Below are positions 61,265 to 64,000 of a stretch of DNA of 64,000 nucleotides, piece by piece. Made by a program: the position numbers and the translations under genes. The notes beneath the pieces were generated by a model, which was not told where the DNA came from, did not search any database, and saw only the letters and a list, made by a program, of their open reading frames with translations. The DNA is from a virus. Numbering within the stretch: position 1 is the stretch's first letter; each line of letters starts with the position of its first letter. The DNA lies in IMG/VR virus record IMGVR_UViG_3300008262_002626, positions 27,077 through 91,076 of that record; one strand, given 5' to 3'.

Positions 61265-61740
61265 TTAAATGTCTTTGCAATAGTAGCGTCATCCATGCCG
61301 TGTTTTTTAGCCAATTCTTTAAGTTCTTTATCGGTAACCATAGCAGACAACATTTCGATCTCGTCCATCTTTTTGTTAGGATAAATGTTTGATAAGAATT
61401 TTACTTTTTTGCTATCACTACCGGCTTTCTTTTTGTGTCCAATCCACTCATGATAAAACTGTTTCTTACCATCATAACTACACATACATAGTAGTAACCA
61501 AAGTAGCTTAGGATGTTTTTGAAGTGTGTTCCAGTGCTTATTAAAATATTCGTTAACAGTTAATACAAAGTGCTGTTGATGCTCAACATTTGAAGTTTTA
61601 GCATTACTGATGTATCTGTTCAAAATAAACAATTCGCTTTTTAGTGCTTTTTGATTTTCAGGATCCATGGCATCCCACAGTTCGCGAATGTTCTCATCAA
61701 CTGCTTGTATTTTTTCTTTTAATTGAACTTTTTCACTCAT
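61261..61740 (-). CDS. possible clamp-loader small subunit (gp62-like)
   Basis: FILNRYIS...VNE...W pattern; replication context. Confidence 0.45.
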   Translation of the reverse strand: MSEKVQLKEKIQAVDENIRELWDAMDPENQKALKSELFILNRYISNAKTSNVEHQQHFVLTVNEYFNKHWNTLQKHPKLLWLLLCMCSYDGKKQFYHEWIGHKKKAGSDSKKVKFLSNIYPNKKMDEIEMLSAMVTDKELKELAKKHGMDDATIAKTFK

Positions 61741-62129
61741 AGAGGCTTGTCTTTGCTTAAACGATATATTAGTATAGCATTATCTAATGCCTTTTGTAAA
61801 GCGATATTGGTTTTAGCTTCTCGAAATATTTCGCCCCACAATTTCGATTCTTGTATATGATCTACTAACGGACGACCGTCGGAAGTTCGAGAATCGTAAT
61901 TCCATCCAATTTCTCGTCTTTCAGTCTTACCAAACTCTCTAGCATAAACTACACCGTCGGCTCTTTCGTAAATATATGTAGCACCTGGTTTAAGAGTTCC
62001 CATCTTTTTTCTCCGGTTGAACTATGCCATATTGTTTATAAATCCATTGAATAAATCTTTCAATTTCTTTATTAGGATACGGATATGCTTTATAAGCGAT
62101 TTCTATTCGTGATAGCCAATCTTTATCAA

Positions 62130-62636
62130 TCATAATATTTTATCTAATTGAATAATTTCACTTTGTCTTGAAATTTCTTTAACAAAGTATGCACAATTTG
62201 GTTTTTCTTGGAATCTTGTAGGCACAGCCAACAACTGTCCATTTTTCATTTTAGGGAAATACCATTTGACATCATTATAAAAATTTACTATCTCAATCTT
62301 TTTAAATTCAACTCTAAACGAACTTAACGGGTTGAACACTAACGCTTCAAATCCTCTATCATTTAAACTAGTCAACGGTAATATTTCAATGTCGCTGGCA
62401 CTAGAACTGTCACCTACTGCTATTGACCAATCAATGGGCATAGTTACTTCATCATCGCCGATTCTTAATACCATTGCTGGTGCGTTAAAACTTTCTAAAA
62501 ATATTAACGGCATAAAATAAAAATCTGGATCTTTAGGATCTGAATTATCTAATACCGCAAATCTAGTGCTATCATCAACTTCGTCTGGTAAATTATTTAG
62601 ACTAAATGTTTTGTTATCTAATGTTAATATCTGCAT
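62130..62636 (-). CDS. conserved phage hypothetical protein
   Basis: start likely MQILTL. Confidence 0.7.
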   Translation of the reverse strand: MQILTLDNKTFSLNNLPDEVDDSTRFAVLDNSDPKDPDFYFMPLIFLESFNAPAMVLRIGDDEVTMPIDWSIAVGDSSSASDIEILPLTSLNDRGFEALVFNPLSSFRVEFKKIEIVNFYNDVKWYFPKMKNGQLLAVPTRFQEKPNCAYFVKEISRQSEIIQLDKIL

Positions 62637-62641
62637 GTTCC

Positions 62642-64000
62642 TTATTTTTGCCAATCCGTCTTCTCAATAGTGAAGGGATACTTGGCCTCCTTATAAAATT
62701 TCTTCCTCTCGGTGAGGTGCCGTTTGGCATACTTGCATGTTGAAGTGATGTCCCATATTTGTACGAAGTCTTTGTCTTCTGCCTTTCTAATGCCTCGGCC
62801 AATGCTTTGGATAACGCGGACAAAGCTCTTTCCGGGTTCAAGAAGAACCAGATTAAAAATCCTTGGAATATTAATACCCACAGCGGCCACACCATAAGTC
62901 GCCACAATAATCTTGTCATCACTGGTCCTAACTTCATCATATTCTTCCTTTCGGTCTTTTGTTTTTACTTCACCTGAAATAAACACTGAGCCTTCTAATT
63001 CGTTAACTAAAAATTTGCCTGAATCAATCCTATTAACTAGAACTAGAGTATTGCCTGATTTTGATATTTCTTTGATTAATTTACTGATATAGATCATCCT
63101 GTCTTCGTCAGTGACAAGATATTTTAATTCTTCTGCATAGCTTTTAAATTCTGGAACATCAATCATTTGTACAATGTTTACATGACAGTTTGATAGTACA
63201 CCTTTCTCTTGCAGTTCGTGTGCTTTGATACCGCCAATAACTGGGCCAATGCTAGCAAATATACTCTCTGACTCAAATTTTTCTTTAGGTACAGTTCCTG
63301 TAAGACCCCAACGAATTGCCGCATTAGATAAGTTCTGTGTAAGCAAATTCTTTAAAACTTCTGCTTTGGCCATATGTACTTCATCGACAATAACAGTCTT
63401 AACACCATCTAAAAATTCAGCTAGTGTCAGTATATCGTGTTCATGATTTTTAGATTTTTTATCTAAGATATTAAGACTTTGCCAAGTGCAAATTGTATGT
63501 GTTTTGTTAAGATCTTTTCTGTCGCCGTAATAAACGCCAACATCAAGACCGACGTTAATAAAATCTTCTTCTGTTTGTTCAACAAGGCTCTTATTAGGTA
63601 CGATAGTAATAGTGCGACCGTATTTTTCACACATATCAGCTAATGTTGCTGTAGTAATAGTCTTACCAGCACCGGTAGCAATCTCTTGCAGTGCTTGATG
63701 GTTGTTTAGAAATAAGTTAATAGCCTCTACTTGATAATCACGTAGCATAATAGGCTGTCCTTCTTGGGGATGCCCCTTAGGCCAAACCTTGCCTTTGTCT
63801 GCCCAATAAGTTTCTGTTACAGGTGGAAAGGAAATCTGTTGAGTAGTACGCAGGTCTTCAACTTCGTCTACGCTAATATTCATTTTGCCTAGTATATCTA
63901 GGATTGTTTCTAATTGATTTAAGTATCCGTTGCCACCTAGACCAAACAAACTGACCATTCCGTCCCATCGTCCTAGCTTATAAGCCGGGTGATACCGAGC
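62642..64000 (-). CDS. uvsW: SF2 helicase, UvsW-like (5' end outside the window)
   Basis: LRDYQ, ATGAGKT, DEVH, GLTGT, QSIGRGIR. Confidence 0.88.
   Translation of the reverse strand, partial: ARYHPAYKLGRWDGMVSLFGLGGNGYLNQLETILDILGKMNISVDEVEDLRTTQQISFPPVTETYWADKGKVWPKGHPQEGQPIMLRDYQVEAINLFLNNHQALQEIATGAGKTITTATLADMCEKYGRTITIVPNKSLVEQTEEDFINVGLDVGVYYGDRKDLNKTHTICTWQSLNILDKKSKNHEHDILTLAEFLDGVKTVIVDEVHMAKAEVLKNLLTQNLSNAAIRWGLTGTVPKEKFESESIFASIGPVIGGIKAHELQEKGVLSNCHVNIVQMIDVPEFKSYAEELKYLVTDEDRMIYISKLIKEISKSGNTLVLVNRIDSGKFLVNELEGSVFISGEVKTKDRKEEYDEVRTSDDKIIVATYGVAAVGINIPRIFNLVLLEPGKSFVRVIQSIGRGIRKAEDKDFVQIWDITSTCKYAKRHLTERKKFYKEAKYPFTIEKTDWQK

Noticed and set aside
2378-63446. Many antisense or nested ORFs in the six-frame track (for example 12435, 20193, 48986, 53686)
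   Set aside because: They are shadows of well-supported genes on the other strand or frame and lack promoter or RBS support.
1-64000. Stop-codon reassignment
   Set aside because: Conserved genes are full length in the standard code, all three stops terminate genes, and no suppressor tRNA is seen.

Overview
A 64 kb slice of a large, probably lytic, T4-related dsDNA tailed phage using the standard genetic code. Most of it reads on the minus strand. 1-4.4 kb holds a glutaredoxin/nrdB/class II aldolase/nrdA cluster. 4.6-26 kb holds virion and late genes behind a TAAATA promoter, plus 5-aminolevulinate synthase, a phasin-like gene, YqgE, YbaN and two peptidoglycan hydrolases. 26-38 kb holds small accessory ORFs, and 54-64 kb the replication genes (helicase, carbamoyltransferase, primase, a minimal DnaE-type subunit, UvsW). 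Between these sits a plus-strand early/host-takeover block (about 40-51 kb) with 20 consensus sigma70 promoters, shared leaders, one extended RBS (GGAGCGA) and two tRNAs, bracketed by non-coding repeat regions. The best candidate for a new system is a translational switch. Hairpin RNAs at 51041-51154 and 45821-45873 display the complement of the early RBS in their loops, while many middle and late genes appear leaderless and would escape such a block. A second highlight is a set of late proteins with T4-type capsid-targeting N-termini and internal protease-like junctions. Family assignments come from motif recognition only; no searches were run.
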